From the NCBI GenBank assembly GCA_951406725.2, contig OX597832.1, forward strand, positions 33,914,001 through 33,978,000: 64,000 nucleotides of DNA, in the 5' to 3' direction. The notes beneath the pieces are model-generated. The model had not been told where the DNA came from. It saw only the letters and a list, made by a program, of their open reading frames with translations, and searched no databases. The DNA comes from Octopus vulgaris. Lineage: Eukaryota. Shown one piece after another: positions 52,903 through 64,000 of this stretch. How positions within the stretch are numbered: the first letter of the stretch is position 1; each line of letters opens with the position of its first letter. The position numbers were made by a program, and so were the translations under genes.

Positions 52903-54104
52903 TGTTGTTAATTGTGATTGTAATCGTGGTTGTAGTACCAGTAGTTCTAGAAGTTGTAGTGTTGGTGGTGATGATGGTGGTGGTGTTGGAGGCGGTGATG
53001 ATAGTCATTTTGATAGATACAGAAGTAGTAATGGTGGTGGTGGTGGTTGTATAAGTTGTGGTATTGGTGGTTATTGTTGTGTTGATTGTTGTGGAGATGG
53101 TAGTAGTGGTGGTGGTGGTGGGAGTAGTAGTAGTGGTAGTGATCGCAGAATGAGGTAAAAATGAAGAAAATCGAGAGCACAAGAAAAGGGAAAAGATGAA
53201 GTGGAAAGCAGAATGCCGGTTGTGTGGGGTGGGGTAGCGAAATCTTTTGACGGGACGACATTCGGCCACTAATGCCGAATCGATCGAAATTTCTGTCCAT
53301 CTCTCCAGAATCAGATCATGATTAATGGACCTTCGTATGTCTGGTCATGTAGAAATGGTCTATAGAATCTTTCAGTCTGTGATTGATTGCTGCTAACTTG
53401 CAAAACTGCCGAGTGTCAAAAGGAATTCTTTGTTTCCAGGAACATAATCTGTCTAGAGCTCTTTCGAAAGAGATATCTGTTTGGATTTTCAGATTAACAA
53501 TAATACTAAGAAGAAATATATGCATGCCAAAAATTCATTTATATGTGTGTGTATATAGCATTATACACACATGGGTACACACACACACACACAAGCACGC
53601 ACACACTTATATATACATATATGCATATCCATTTGTGTAGGTATATATGTGAGTGTACAAATGTCCAAATTCTTCTTACCTAGTAGACCATAGACGTGTG
53701 AATAATATTTGATAAGGTATAAGCATATATAAATTTGCTTGTATATATATAAGCAAATTTTCATATGCTTATACTTTATAAAATGTTATTTACACGTCTG
53801 TGGTTTACTAGGTATGAGGAATTTGGACAGTTGCACGAGCATACACACATACTTACACAAATAGATATGTACATATAAGGCTGCTTGTTTCTCTAGAGAC
53901 TGTCAGAATGGTGGAGACGCCTCTGATGAGAGCCCCATATATATAAATGCTGAACAACCTTAATCGATATTCGAACCTTATGGGGTTCTGATCTGAAGCG
54001 TTTACATCATACCGAGAGCCTAGCTAAGCTGTTTATATATTCAACAAATGCAGCAGTTATTCTATGAAGGTGTCCCTAATTTGCATACAGAAAGTGTTTA
54101 ACAG

Positions 54105-54135
<31 letters not shown>

Positions 54136-54814
54136 GCACAGATGCACACAATATATATAAGGAGGTAGATAGACTATTATATATAGCCCGACAGATACGT
54201 ACATATGTACATTGAAATTTGTGTGTATGGTTGTGTTCGTGTGCACGTAGTCTTTATATTTCCTTTATTCTTTTGACAGTCTCTATCTTTGGATACCAGA
54301 CATGCAGTACCTGACATACAACACAACACGACGTTTTTCACTGCTAAACCTCATTCACACAGGTGACGTACCGATGTTATCGAGCAATAAAATCCAATCC
54401 GAAACTTAGCTAATTGCAATGTGAACTTCTTAAAATGCCTGCACTTGTCTTCAATCTTTTGCTACAGGTTGCATACGCGTCTCCGTTTTGAGTTACATTT
54501 TATTTATTTTTAATATCTGTGGTATTTCTTGGAGACTTTGTTTTTAGTTTATTACAAAGTACTTCCTGCATCCATCAACGTCGATTCCTATGGGCCTTAT
54601 CGTCAAGCTGAAGTGTTTGCTATTTCTGCTTTAATGCCACCTGCCTTCCATTGTTTCAGTGTCGATAAAATGAGTCCCAATCAAGCATTGGGTCAATGGC
54701 ACCGACTAGTTCCCCACCACCACCTCATAGTTTCAGGTGGCAGAGAAGGAAAATGACATAGATCCAGCCCTAGTAAATTTGGATCAATCAAAAGCGTCGA
54801 ATCATCAATAATGT

Positions 54815-55045
54815 CAGGTGGAGGCGGCGAATGCGTATATCGCTTTCGTCAATTACCGCTTGACCATCGTCCCTTGCCCTGCTTTGCGGCTGATCAAGCT
54901 GGAGCGCTTGCTCTTCCATTTTCTGCAGAAGAGGACGTATTCCATTCGTTACACGATCCATTTTCTGTCAGCAGCCTCTGAGTGGAGGACTGGTCATGCC
55001 CTGGCTAATGATGCGCCGATATACGCCGACGCTACGATACCACCT
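54815..55045 (+). mobile_element. L1/Tx1-like ORF2 fragment (post-RT)
   Basis: EAANAYIAFVNYRLTIVPCP..LIKLERLLFHFL, followed by a frameshifted GGLVMPWL (GGLG motif). Confidence 0.7.
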
Positions 55046-55071
55046 TGTGGCCAATACAGAAAGGATTATTA

Positions 55072-55155
55072 TTATTACCTCCACCTTTGCTAAGGCGGAG
55101 CTAATGTTTTCAGTCGTGTTTGTTTGTTTGTCCGTGGACAAGATCTCAAGAACTA
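55072..55155 (+). mobile_element. Possible Helentron-associated non-autonomous element end
   Basis: ttattac ctccacctt-tgct-aaggcggag (hairpin) ctaatgttttcagtcgtg (tttg)n tccgtggacaagat. A short hairpin followed by a GTTT microsatellite resembles DINE/HINE ends. Confidence 0.45.
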
Positions 55156-55780
55156 AATTTTAATTCATCCTCGGCAACTTTTAGTTTTATCACTTTTGAA
55201 TATATCGTTCCTGCTTAAAACGTCTTGCCTACTTGACAATTGCATTTCTAGCTCTGCCTTGAAAAGAGGTTTACTTCGTGAACTCACGTTTTTTTTTTAT
55301 ATTTTTGCTCCCGAGTTTGATAGATAGACTGATATATAGATTGATTTGATTGATTCATTAATTGATAGACAGACAGATAGACTGAGTCGATAGGCAGATA
55401 TCTAAAGAGAGAAAGACTGTGGAAATTAATATGGTTCTCGTATTAATAGATCGTTGTAACTTTTAATAAGTTTTTAATAGATTGCAGTCACTTTATTGAT
55501 TTTCTCATTAAAGTACACAAAGCGTCCGATTTAAGTCAATTATTTTGCCGCTTCCGTCTCTGTTTCCTCATTTTTTTACGATCTTTTGTTATTAAACTGC
55601 ACTCAATCAATAAATTATTGATATATTGGACTCGTCGATCGATAATGGATACACTTTTCCAGAACGCACAAAAAATATGCATAACGGATCTTAGAGGACG
55701 GGAGGTAATTCATTTTTTGTAATAATATATAAATAGACTTAAATTTTTTTTCCTGGAGATTATTTTAGCAAGTGTATATA

Positions 55781-55854
55781 GGTTCATGGTGGCTCGGGAA
55801 ACGGGGTTCACGGTGGCTCGGGAAACGGGGTTCACGGTGGCTCGGGAAACGGGG
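55781..55854. repeat. GC-rich 24-bp tandem repeat x3
   Basis: ggttcaYggtggctcgggaaacgg x3. Confidence 0.95.
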
Positions 55855-56244
55855 CAAAGGATATTTCATAAAACGGATAGCCACTCAATCACTCAAGCAC
55901 TTTTTTCCTCTCACTCTAACTCTCACCCTCTCTCTCAATCTCCATCTCCGGAATATTGAGAGTAAGGTGAAATTTAAATTCTGGTGTGTTGTGAGATCGC
56001 TCCTCTGTAGTGGTTCGCACAGCTATGGAGCTTACAGCTGCAGTAGCGTTTGAATACCGCAGACATGGTTAATACTTTTACATGCAATGCAGGTAATCTT
56101 TTATGAATTCATTAACAACGACAGTCGTAAAATTTAAATGTCATATCTGTTTAATTTTATAGCTACGCCACACCAAAGACCAACCCTAAGCCTGGGTCCA
56201 CGGTTTAAAGTGGGTTTGGTACTTGCGTATCTAAATTTTCCTAC

Positions 56245-56491
56245 CAACCACTTCTGGCGTCCTACGTGACGTGCCTTGATTCCATAGAATCCTTATTAGC
56301 CTGATATTTATGTGTGCGTTTGTGTGTATAAATTCATATATACATATATATAATAACCAAATAATGTGTGTATAAATGTATATATATATATATAAATATA
56401 TGAATTTATACACACACGCACTCATATTATTTGCTTATAAGGATTCTATAGAATCAAGGCACATTAGTACGTAGGACGCCAGAAGTGGTTG
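56245..56491. repeat. Imperfect 247-bp palindrome (arms ~105 bp)
   Basis: caaccacttctggcgtcctacgt..gtgccttgattccatagaatccttat..gtgtgtataaattcatatat versus atatatgaatttatacacac..ataaggattctatagaatcaaggcac..acgtaggacgccagaagtggttg. Confidence 0.9.
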
Positions 56492-58849
56492 CTTGACCGC
56501 TGTACGTATAAGACGATCTATTAATACTAGAACCATATTGATTAACTCAGCTTCTTTTCTCTCTGTCTCTCTCTCTTTCTCTCTCTCTTTCTCGATAGAT
56601 AGATAGATTTGATACGTTCATTATAAACATACAAAACTACATATATTGTAATATTGAAATCCTAATTATCCTAAAACGAGCGGGTGCTTTTCTCAACTCG
56701 ATATCTGTGACTACAGTTGAAATATTTCAGCGCTAAATTTCCGATAACATTCAATTTGTACATTCCAGCCTGTCACACACTTCGTAATGTTGTAACGTCG
56801 GATGCTATTTGGCTTTTGTGAAGACTTAGTAAACTTCTTTCATTACAATGAAATAAAGAGTTTAACTTATAAACCTATTGTCTGCCATTTTATTTTAATT
56901 TAAACTTTGATGAATATTGTAAGGGACTAATTCCGTTAATTTCTTGGCACTATTATTGAAGTTGCAGTCAGCCAGAAAGTGGGTTTCTTTGTCGAATGGT
57001 ATTCATTAACGCCAACCATTTTCAACAATCGATTTTGAAAATTAAATCGTATTTTCCATTGTTCTCCTTAATCGGAAAGATAACTTCCCTTCATGAGGAT
57101 CCATTGTGTCAAATTACGCTGAAAACGCTCTGCTAAACACAGGAATCTCCAGCTGAATGCATTTCGTAAAGATTCAAAGCTTAGAATGACAGTTCTTGGT
57201 GAATACACTACGAAATGGTTTTGGATCGTTGGGTAAAGATGTAAGGTCGTCGAGGATTAGATTGAAGACAAGAATAAGAAGGAAAAACCTTTAAGTCACA
57301 AATAAAGAGAATTAATATAACAGAATCTGTATGAGGAATTTGATGTTAAGATTTATAAGAATCTGAAGAACATCGACGAATAGGCAGGTGAATTATATAG
57401 TAGCATACTAAAAGTCCTTCTCAGAAACACAAAGACCAACATTTATGGTGCGGATTTGTTTTAAATGTAGCTGAAAGAAGATGTGTATTGAAGGACCACG
57501 CGGCTTGCTAATTTATCTTTGGTAGGTAGCAAATCAGGGAGTTTGAATGCATCATTGGTAATCACTGGACCCAAACTATCATTAAATATCAGTTGAAACT
57601 GTTGTTTTCGGATCGGTGAACAATTCGTAGCTCTGCTTTAAATAATGACGGATGTGGAATTGATCAAATCTAGGAGCTAAGCCAGGTCACTGGAATATGA
57701 GTTGACAAATATGTACGAGAAAACAGTCACACAAACATAGATACACATATATACACATATGTGTGTGTATATGTGTGTATGTGTTTATATATATATATAT
57801 ATATATAAACATACACACACGCATACTGATATATATTTGTGTGTGTGCGTGTGTATGTTTATGTATGTATGTATTTGTGTATGTTTATGTATGTATGTAT
57901 GTGTTAAGTGGAAACACGTCAAGCGGAGAGCGGAAGTGTTTCAGCCTGTTTTTTCCTGAGATGTTATGGGAAACTTGACCACATATATATATCGATTTTT
58001 AGATATAGTCCAGCTCTTATTTAAATACCACATCCTGTGGGGATTGAACTTGAAGCTTCAGGGTGAGCTTACAGCCCAATTACCGCATGTATTTTTCAAA
58101 TTGGGTTCGCATCCTTCTATATTAATAGCTTGCTGCATCACATCTAGCATTCCCTTTCGCCCATAATCACATTGAGCTCTTTCATGTGTGTGTGTCTATC
58201 TTTCTATCTATCTCTTTCTTCCCTTCTTACGGACGAAAGTCACATCGACTCGTAGTAAGTTTGCTTTTTTGCGTTCAAAACATGTGTATTGTATAATATT
58301 TTTTATGTAAGTTGTGCAACGACTAATACATTCGATTGTGCAAATTGTTAGCACGGGAAACCTGCCCTGTGTAGCGTGTATCCCGATTCTGTGAATTGGT
58401 TTTCGGCTTTCTTGGCCATTATTTGTTTTGAGGATGGCGTCTTCAAGCCATGAAGACGGTTTTGCAACGAACGCCGGTCTCGTTTTACGTTGATTTCCTT
58501 ACACTGCCTTCACCACAGCTTCACGAAGGAGGAAAGAAGTGGAGAAGTCTCACACAAGCAAGTGTGAACATGAATTCTAGCACTGCTACCGCCACCAGCA
58601 ACGACACCCGTTCAAGAATTTGGACCTGGAGATCTTCATTTCCAGCGACTTCGAGGGCCATCTCATAGTGGTGTCGGGCGTCAACGAAGAGCCCTCGACT
58701 ACAACAAGACGACCAAAGTTTTTTTTCCAAGGTCTGGCGTCTCCCACTCCTAAGCCCTAGACCATCACCTAATCACCCTTCCACGTTTTGTTGCTTAACA
58801 ACAACAACAACAACCAGCAACAACAGCGAGATCGTCGCCCTTAAAGAAT

Positions 58850-59592
58850 GAAAACACCTACACTACCACTACAGTTTCTCCGTCAACTGCTACAACGGAC
58901 ACCTCTGCCACCACCACCACAAAAAAAGCAAAATTAAATTTCGCTGAAGCGATAAGACAAGAAAAAAATATTGTATCGTTCACTACCAAACAAATAAAAG
59001 ATACTAAATCACTACTCTACAAAGAAGGCGAAACCTTACATTTGAACATCCCACAGAACATATTGGAAGAAACACAGAAAAAAAAACAATCATATACAAA
59101 ATATTGAATACAAAAACAAAAAAAACAGAAAACGCAACACAGGAAAATATTGAAAAGTGCCTTCGACTTGTGTGGGCGCATAAGGATTACATCAATTGGT
59201 GGCATAAATTTTGAGACTGTTCAAGTTCGCTTCCACAGCGAAGAATTAGCGAAACAATTTCCGACGCTCACTCTGCGCACAGATCAGTTAACAATGATAC
59301 CCAGCTATCTTGGGCAAAGAGTAACAAAAGTAACAATTAAAAATGTGCCTCCAGAGGTAGAGACGCAATGGTTGTTATCGGCCATCTGTTTCGAAATGAA
59401 GGAAGCTAATATATTTTAGAAATTGCTGTCCTTCAACAGCAGGTAAACTGGGCAGGTAAAAAGCTCGAAATCTTGTTGCAAATCGATCAAGAATCGATAA
59501 ATAACTTACCAACAAATATCGAATTAGCAGGACACAAGTTGTATGTAGTGGCGGAGGGCAGGAGGCCACAGTGCTACTTGTGCAACTGTGAG
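58850..59592 (+). mobile_element. L1/Tx1-like LINE ORF1 fragment
   Basis: LNFAEAIRQ..., FETVQVRF...PSYLGQRVTKVTIKNVPPEV and LPTNIELAGHKLYVVAEGRRPQCYLC (start of a zinc knuckle). Frameshifted. Confidence 0.7.
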
Positions 59593-59875
59593 TAATCTAT
59601 GACAGTCGCCATCTGATGCGCTACATCGTTGACAGGGGAGTTAGGAACCTGGCATGGGTGGGGCCCTGATCAATTTGGATCAATCCAAATCCTTCGATAG
59701 GGTCGACCATCGATTCTTGGAGGCTGTCCTCATAGCAGCCGGTTTCAGTCCCGTCTTCCGCGGATTGATGGCTGCTTTGTACAGAGGCATCTGTTCGGTA
59801 ATTCGCGTGAATAGGCATCTATCGAGACCTTTCGACATTGCACGTTCGGTCCGTCAGGGATTCCCCCTCGCAAAA
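59593..59875 (+). mobile_element. L1/Tx1-like LINE ORF2 RT fragment
   Basis: IYDSRHLMRYIVD...ALINLDQSKSFDRVDHRFLEAVL...IRVN...SVRQGFPL. Confidence 0.88.
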
Positions 59876-60744
59876 TTTCGGGCCTTGTGCCTATAGTAGA
59901 AAGAATATTAGCAACTATCTTCTTCCTTTTAGGAAAACACGTGTGTGTGTATGTGTGTGTGTGTGAGTGTAAGTGTGGCTTTCCTGTGATATGCCTATAT
60001 ATGCGCAAACGCTCAATGATACCAATGTTTGTATTTGCTTGTTGGTGTGTGTGTTTCTGTGTTTGTATGTCCCTGTGTAGATATTTGTATATTTCCGATT
60101 GCTTGCAAGTACATTCGTACCTATATTTGCACCCGCCGATCCGTATACATATAACTGCCAAAAATGAACTGTTTTATGTTAACGTATATACAAACATGCA
60201 CGTACACACAGACAGACATATGCGCATACACCATGTACGTACATAGACTTCCTCATAAACTTGCTCACAGGACAAACATTATCACAAATGAACACACACA
60301 CTCGCACACACACATGGACAGAACAAGCATTCAAAAACGCACACATTATCCATGTACTGAGAGAGGACAAAAAGAAAATCTCATAAACACACATATATAC
60401 TTAGAACGTACGTACATACTTATGCACAAACATAGAGGTACACGTATTCATACGCAAACTTCTCACATACACACGCACACACACTAAAGCACAGCCATTA
60501 GAATTTCAAAAAACAAAAATATCTTCAGCAACAAATGATTTTAGATTTATGTATATTTTTTCCCCTCAAAGAATTATTCGCCTTTAGAATTGTATTGAAA
60601 CGCGTAATTTTGATATCCTTAGGATAGATTTCTACACATCCTTGTAGATTTCTTTCACAGAGCAAACTTAATTGGGTCTTTTCAAGAAGATTTCTTCAGA
60701 TAAGAATTCGCAACATAGAAATGGAGCGTTTCAATATATACAAT

Positions 60745-60784
<40 letters not shown>

Positions 60785-61250
60785 CTAATCACGCACACAC
60801 GCTCGTGTGTGTATGTATACATGTACATAAACATACATATACACGCATATGTACACACACACATATGTACACACACACATATACACACACATATATACAC
60901 ACATATACGCACACGCATATTTATACGCACACACATATATATGCACATACATATATATACGCACACATGTATATACATACACACACACATATATATACAT
61001 ATACACACATATGCACATGTGTGCGCGTGTGTCCCTGTATATGTATGATTTATACACCTATAAACATTCAGATATAAATATACATCTATGTGTACACACA
61101 CACACACATATATATGAATATGCTTATATGTAATGATTTACATACATATATACACATATAAATATATATATACATATGCGTACATATGTGTGTACATATA
61201 CATATAGATGTGTGCATGTGTTTGTTCTTGTGTGTATATACACACACACT
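60745..61250. repeat. TA/CA/TACA low-complexity array
   Basis: Directly visible. Confidence 0.9.
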
Positions 61251-63504
61251 TACAAGTACATACAATATCGATACCAAAATAAAGAAAAAAAACGCTATTC
61301 CATAAAGTATTGTCAATTGTGAGAAACGGAGTTTTTTGGGGGCTTTTTTCATCATTCTTTTTTTTTTATGTTGGCGCTTTTATTATGTTTTTGGTTGATA
61401 GTTCGCTTAATAGAATTGGATATGTTATATGGAGTAATTGCATTGATGATGGTGGTGGTGGTGGCTGTGGTGGAGGTCGTGATGGTGGTGTTTTTTGTGG
61501 TGGGGTGTGACGTTGATGATGATACTGCCTTTGCCGCTGCTGTTATTGCTAATTTTCATCGTGATGGCGTCGGTGATGGCTTTAGGTGATGCTAGTGAGG
61601 TTTATAGTTTCGGCAGTAGTGTAAGTAGTGAAGGTTTGGTCGCAGGTTATTTGTGGTACGGGAAAGAGTTGTCCCTAGTAGAAACGAGTGTAGCGTTAGC
61701 TGTGGGGATTGGCTAAAGTAGTGGAGGTTGTGATGGTGGTGCGGTATGGGTGGGTTGTGTATCGGTGGTTGTATGGCTGTTGTCCGTGGTTGGGTGGGTG
61801 CTCGGGTTGGTAGCAGTGGGTTCAGGGTTTTTTTCCTATGTTCGATGTCTAAAATATTCGTAGTTATGTTATGGTTTTTGTTGTAGTATTGCGTGGTCTG
61901 CAATGGTGTTGCAGCTACGAATACTGACAGTTTCTTCATCTTCTTCTTCGTCTTCTTCATCTTCTTCGTCTTTGTTTTCTTCTTTCTCTTTTTTCTTGGT
62001 CGTCATCTTCTTCTTTTGCTGTTGCTGGAAAAGATTGTCCAGTTTCTTGCTGTTGTTATTGTCTTTGTTGTTCTAACAATCCAGGTCTGATGCGATGCAG
62101 CAGAGTTCTGCCAAAAATGCACTCCATCCGTGACCACACTCTCATATTTATCGTTAGAGGGAAATCAGAATCGCATAATCTAAAACTTCTAGTTTTAAGA
62201 TGATAGAATGAAATTTAAAGATATCCTTGTTATTTCTAGCGGTCAACACAACCACTTTGGTGTTGCTGCTGATGTGCTACAGAGTTGAAGTGGTGTGTCG
62301 TGATGGTGATGTTGTAGAGGTGCTGTGCGGGTAGTGATGGAGGTATGTGAAGGTGGTGGTGGTCCTGTAGGTAGGTGTTTGGGAAGAGGTTGGGGTGTGT
62401 TTCGTTCTGTTGATTACATTATGAAGACGGAACTGTTTGTAATCGTAAAAGTGATGTTGGTCAGGGTGGCGTTAGTGGCCGTAATGATGACGATGATGAT
62501 GATGATGAGGAGGAGGAGGAGGAGGATAATTGTTTTGAATGCATATATGCTAACATGCATGCAAATGTAGACATACATATTCATACATACATTTGTGTGT
62601 ATGTATGTGTTCGCGCGCGTGCGTAGACAGACAGAAATTTACTTGTGCCTATACAGACATGCGTGTATATATATATATATACTTATAGATAATACATGGT
62701 TAAGAACATGCCTGTATATACGTACATATGTTCCAACATCAAAAGTAAAAAGATCAAAGATCCTTCCAAAATATATGGAAGCAGATAAGTCTGGTTTCCC
62801 GGGTTCTGTAGCGTTTATATTCCTTCCCACTGGATGGGACACGGACCCATCGCATTTTTGCCAGCTGAGTGGACTGGACCAACGTGTGGAATAGAGTGTA
62901 TTGATCAAGAAAACAAAGCATCGCCCGATCTAGGGACGGAAACCACAATCTTACGATCTTGAATGCGACACCACGTACGCGCACCCACACTCACGCACAA
63001 ATATTTATATATGTGTGTATATATGCAAGAAGTTAATCATTCCCGACAGTCTAACGCTTCCGCCATCTTGCCTTTTCATCAAACATATAAGATTCATATA
63101 ACGTATTAAGTGTTGGTCAGCATTTTTGAGGAGTAGAGTCAGTCGAGACCATCGACCTTGGCAGGTAATTGTTTTACCGACCGCGGAGAGAGGAAAAACC
63201 CACCAGAGCTGGGTTTGAAACTAGAGAGTAAGATTTTGAAACGATAATATAAAATAAAACATGGAGACTTATTACTGATAATTAATTTATTTTTATTCAG
63301 TAAATAGTTTCCGGTCAAAACCTGTTATTCCGTGCTCTTTTCAATGATCAGTAAATGTCGAAATCCCAAAAGCAGCAACGAAAGAAGCTGCCGATGTATT
63401 TCCATTGTCTTACTCTACCTTATTTTTCAAAATTAGTTTCTCTTTCTTAACGCATTCTATGTCTGAACTCTAAAGTTTATTTCTCCTCAGTTTCGATTGT
63501 ATTG

Positions 63505-63874
63505 AATTGGCATCCTTTCTGTCTCGGGAGACAATGGAGTTGCGCATGAAGTAGTCTAGTCCGGCTTTTATATTTCATGTCCTGATACATTTCCTGCTGT
63601 GGCTGTGTAGTCCTATCCTCGACAAACACTCCCTCTGGCAGGTACCGCAAATGTAGCGAAGACTGTTCCTGACTGGTTGTAGTGCCATAGTCTCTTGTTT
63701 ACGTCTCTTCCTTTCTTTCCATGTCTCCTCTCTCTCTCTGTCACTCTTTTGTATTCCCTCTTTTACTGTACCTCGCCATTCTCCACGGTTGCCGGCAACT
63801 GCCTCCCTATTGATGTTGCAGGCCTTCATATCCCTTTTGCAAACATCCTTGTAACGTAAGATCGGTCTTTTCAT
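63505..63874 (-). mobile_element. RTE (BovB-like) LINE 3' end
   Basis: RPILRYKDVCKRDMKACNI...CGTCQRECLSRIGLHSHSRKC C-terminal zinc finger and 3' UTR ccattgtctcccgagacagaaaggatgcca. Confidence 0.9.
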
Positions 63875-64000
63875 TTACATGCGGTTTAATTTTTATATAA
63901 CTTTCTAGATTTAATTCAGTTGAAAGAAAACTTTCGTATCTAAACTCAATATTTTATTTTAGAGCCAAAAAAGTGTTTCGTTCCGTATCGATGTTTTATC

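Noticed and set aside
53250-53300. Hairpin attcggc/gccgaat followed by cgaaa
   Set aside because: There is no recognisable upstream core or stem I, and a lone 7-bp hairpin is expected by chance.
53915-53965. CTGATGA-G-AGC...GCT-GAAC hammerhead-like string
   Set aside because: The GAAA is broken and there is no convincing helix III or stem I.
55781-55854. Short direct repeats resembling a CRISPR array
   Set aside because: The units are contiguous with no spacers, the context is eukaryotic and there are no cas genes.

Overview
AT-rich, microsatellite-saturated eukaryotic intergenic or intronic DNA. The repeat repertoire (several tRNA-derived SINE families, long TA/TATG/TATC/TTA/GTA arrays) suggests a coleoid cephalopod, probably Octopus; this is inferred from repeat recognition, not from a database search. 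I found no convincing host protein-coding exon. Almost all listed ORFs are microsatellite translations or decayed transposon fragments. Recognisable elements are a mariner, two DD37D/maT-type Tc1/mariner remnants, several R4/Dong-type RLE LINE pieces, CR1-like, RTE and L1/Tx1 LINE pieces, Penelope-like RT and GIY-YIG fragments, a MITE-like element with telomere-type repeats, and many SINEs. The most interesting signal is a set of minimal type-I hammerhead-ribozyme-like motifs in short repeats beside (TA)n-rich arrays. One has a compensatory G3-C8 core swap and is present twice, in opposite orientations, inside an apparently perfect 434-bp inverted duplication (16807-17240 / 17440-17873). Coordinates of decayed elements are approximate.
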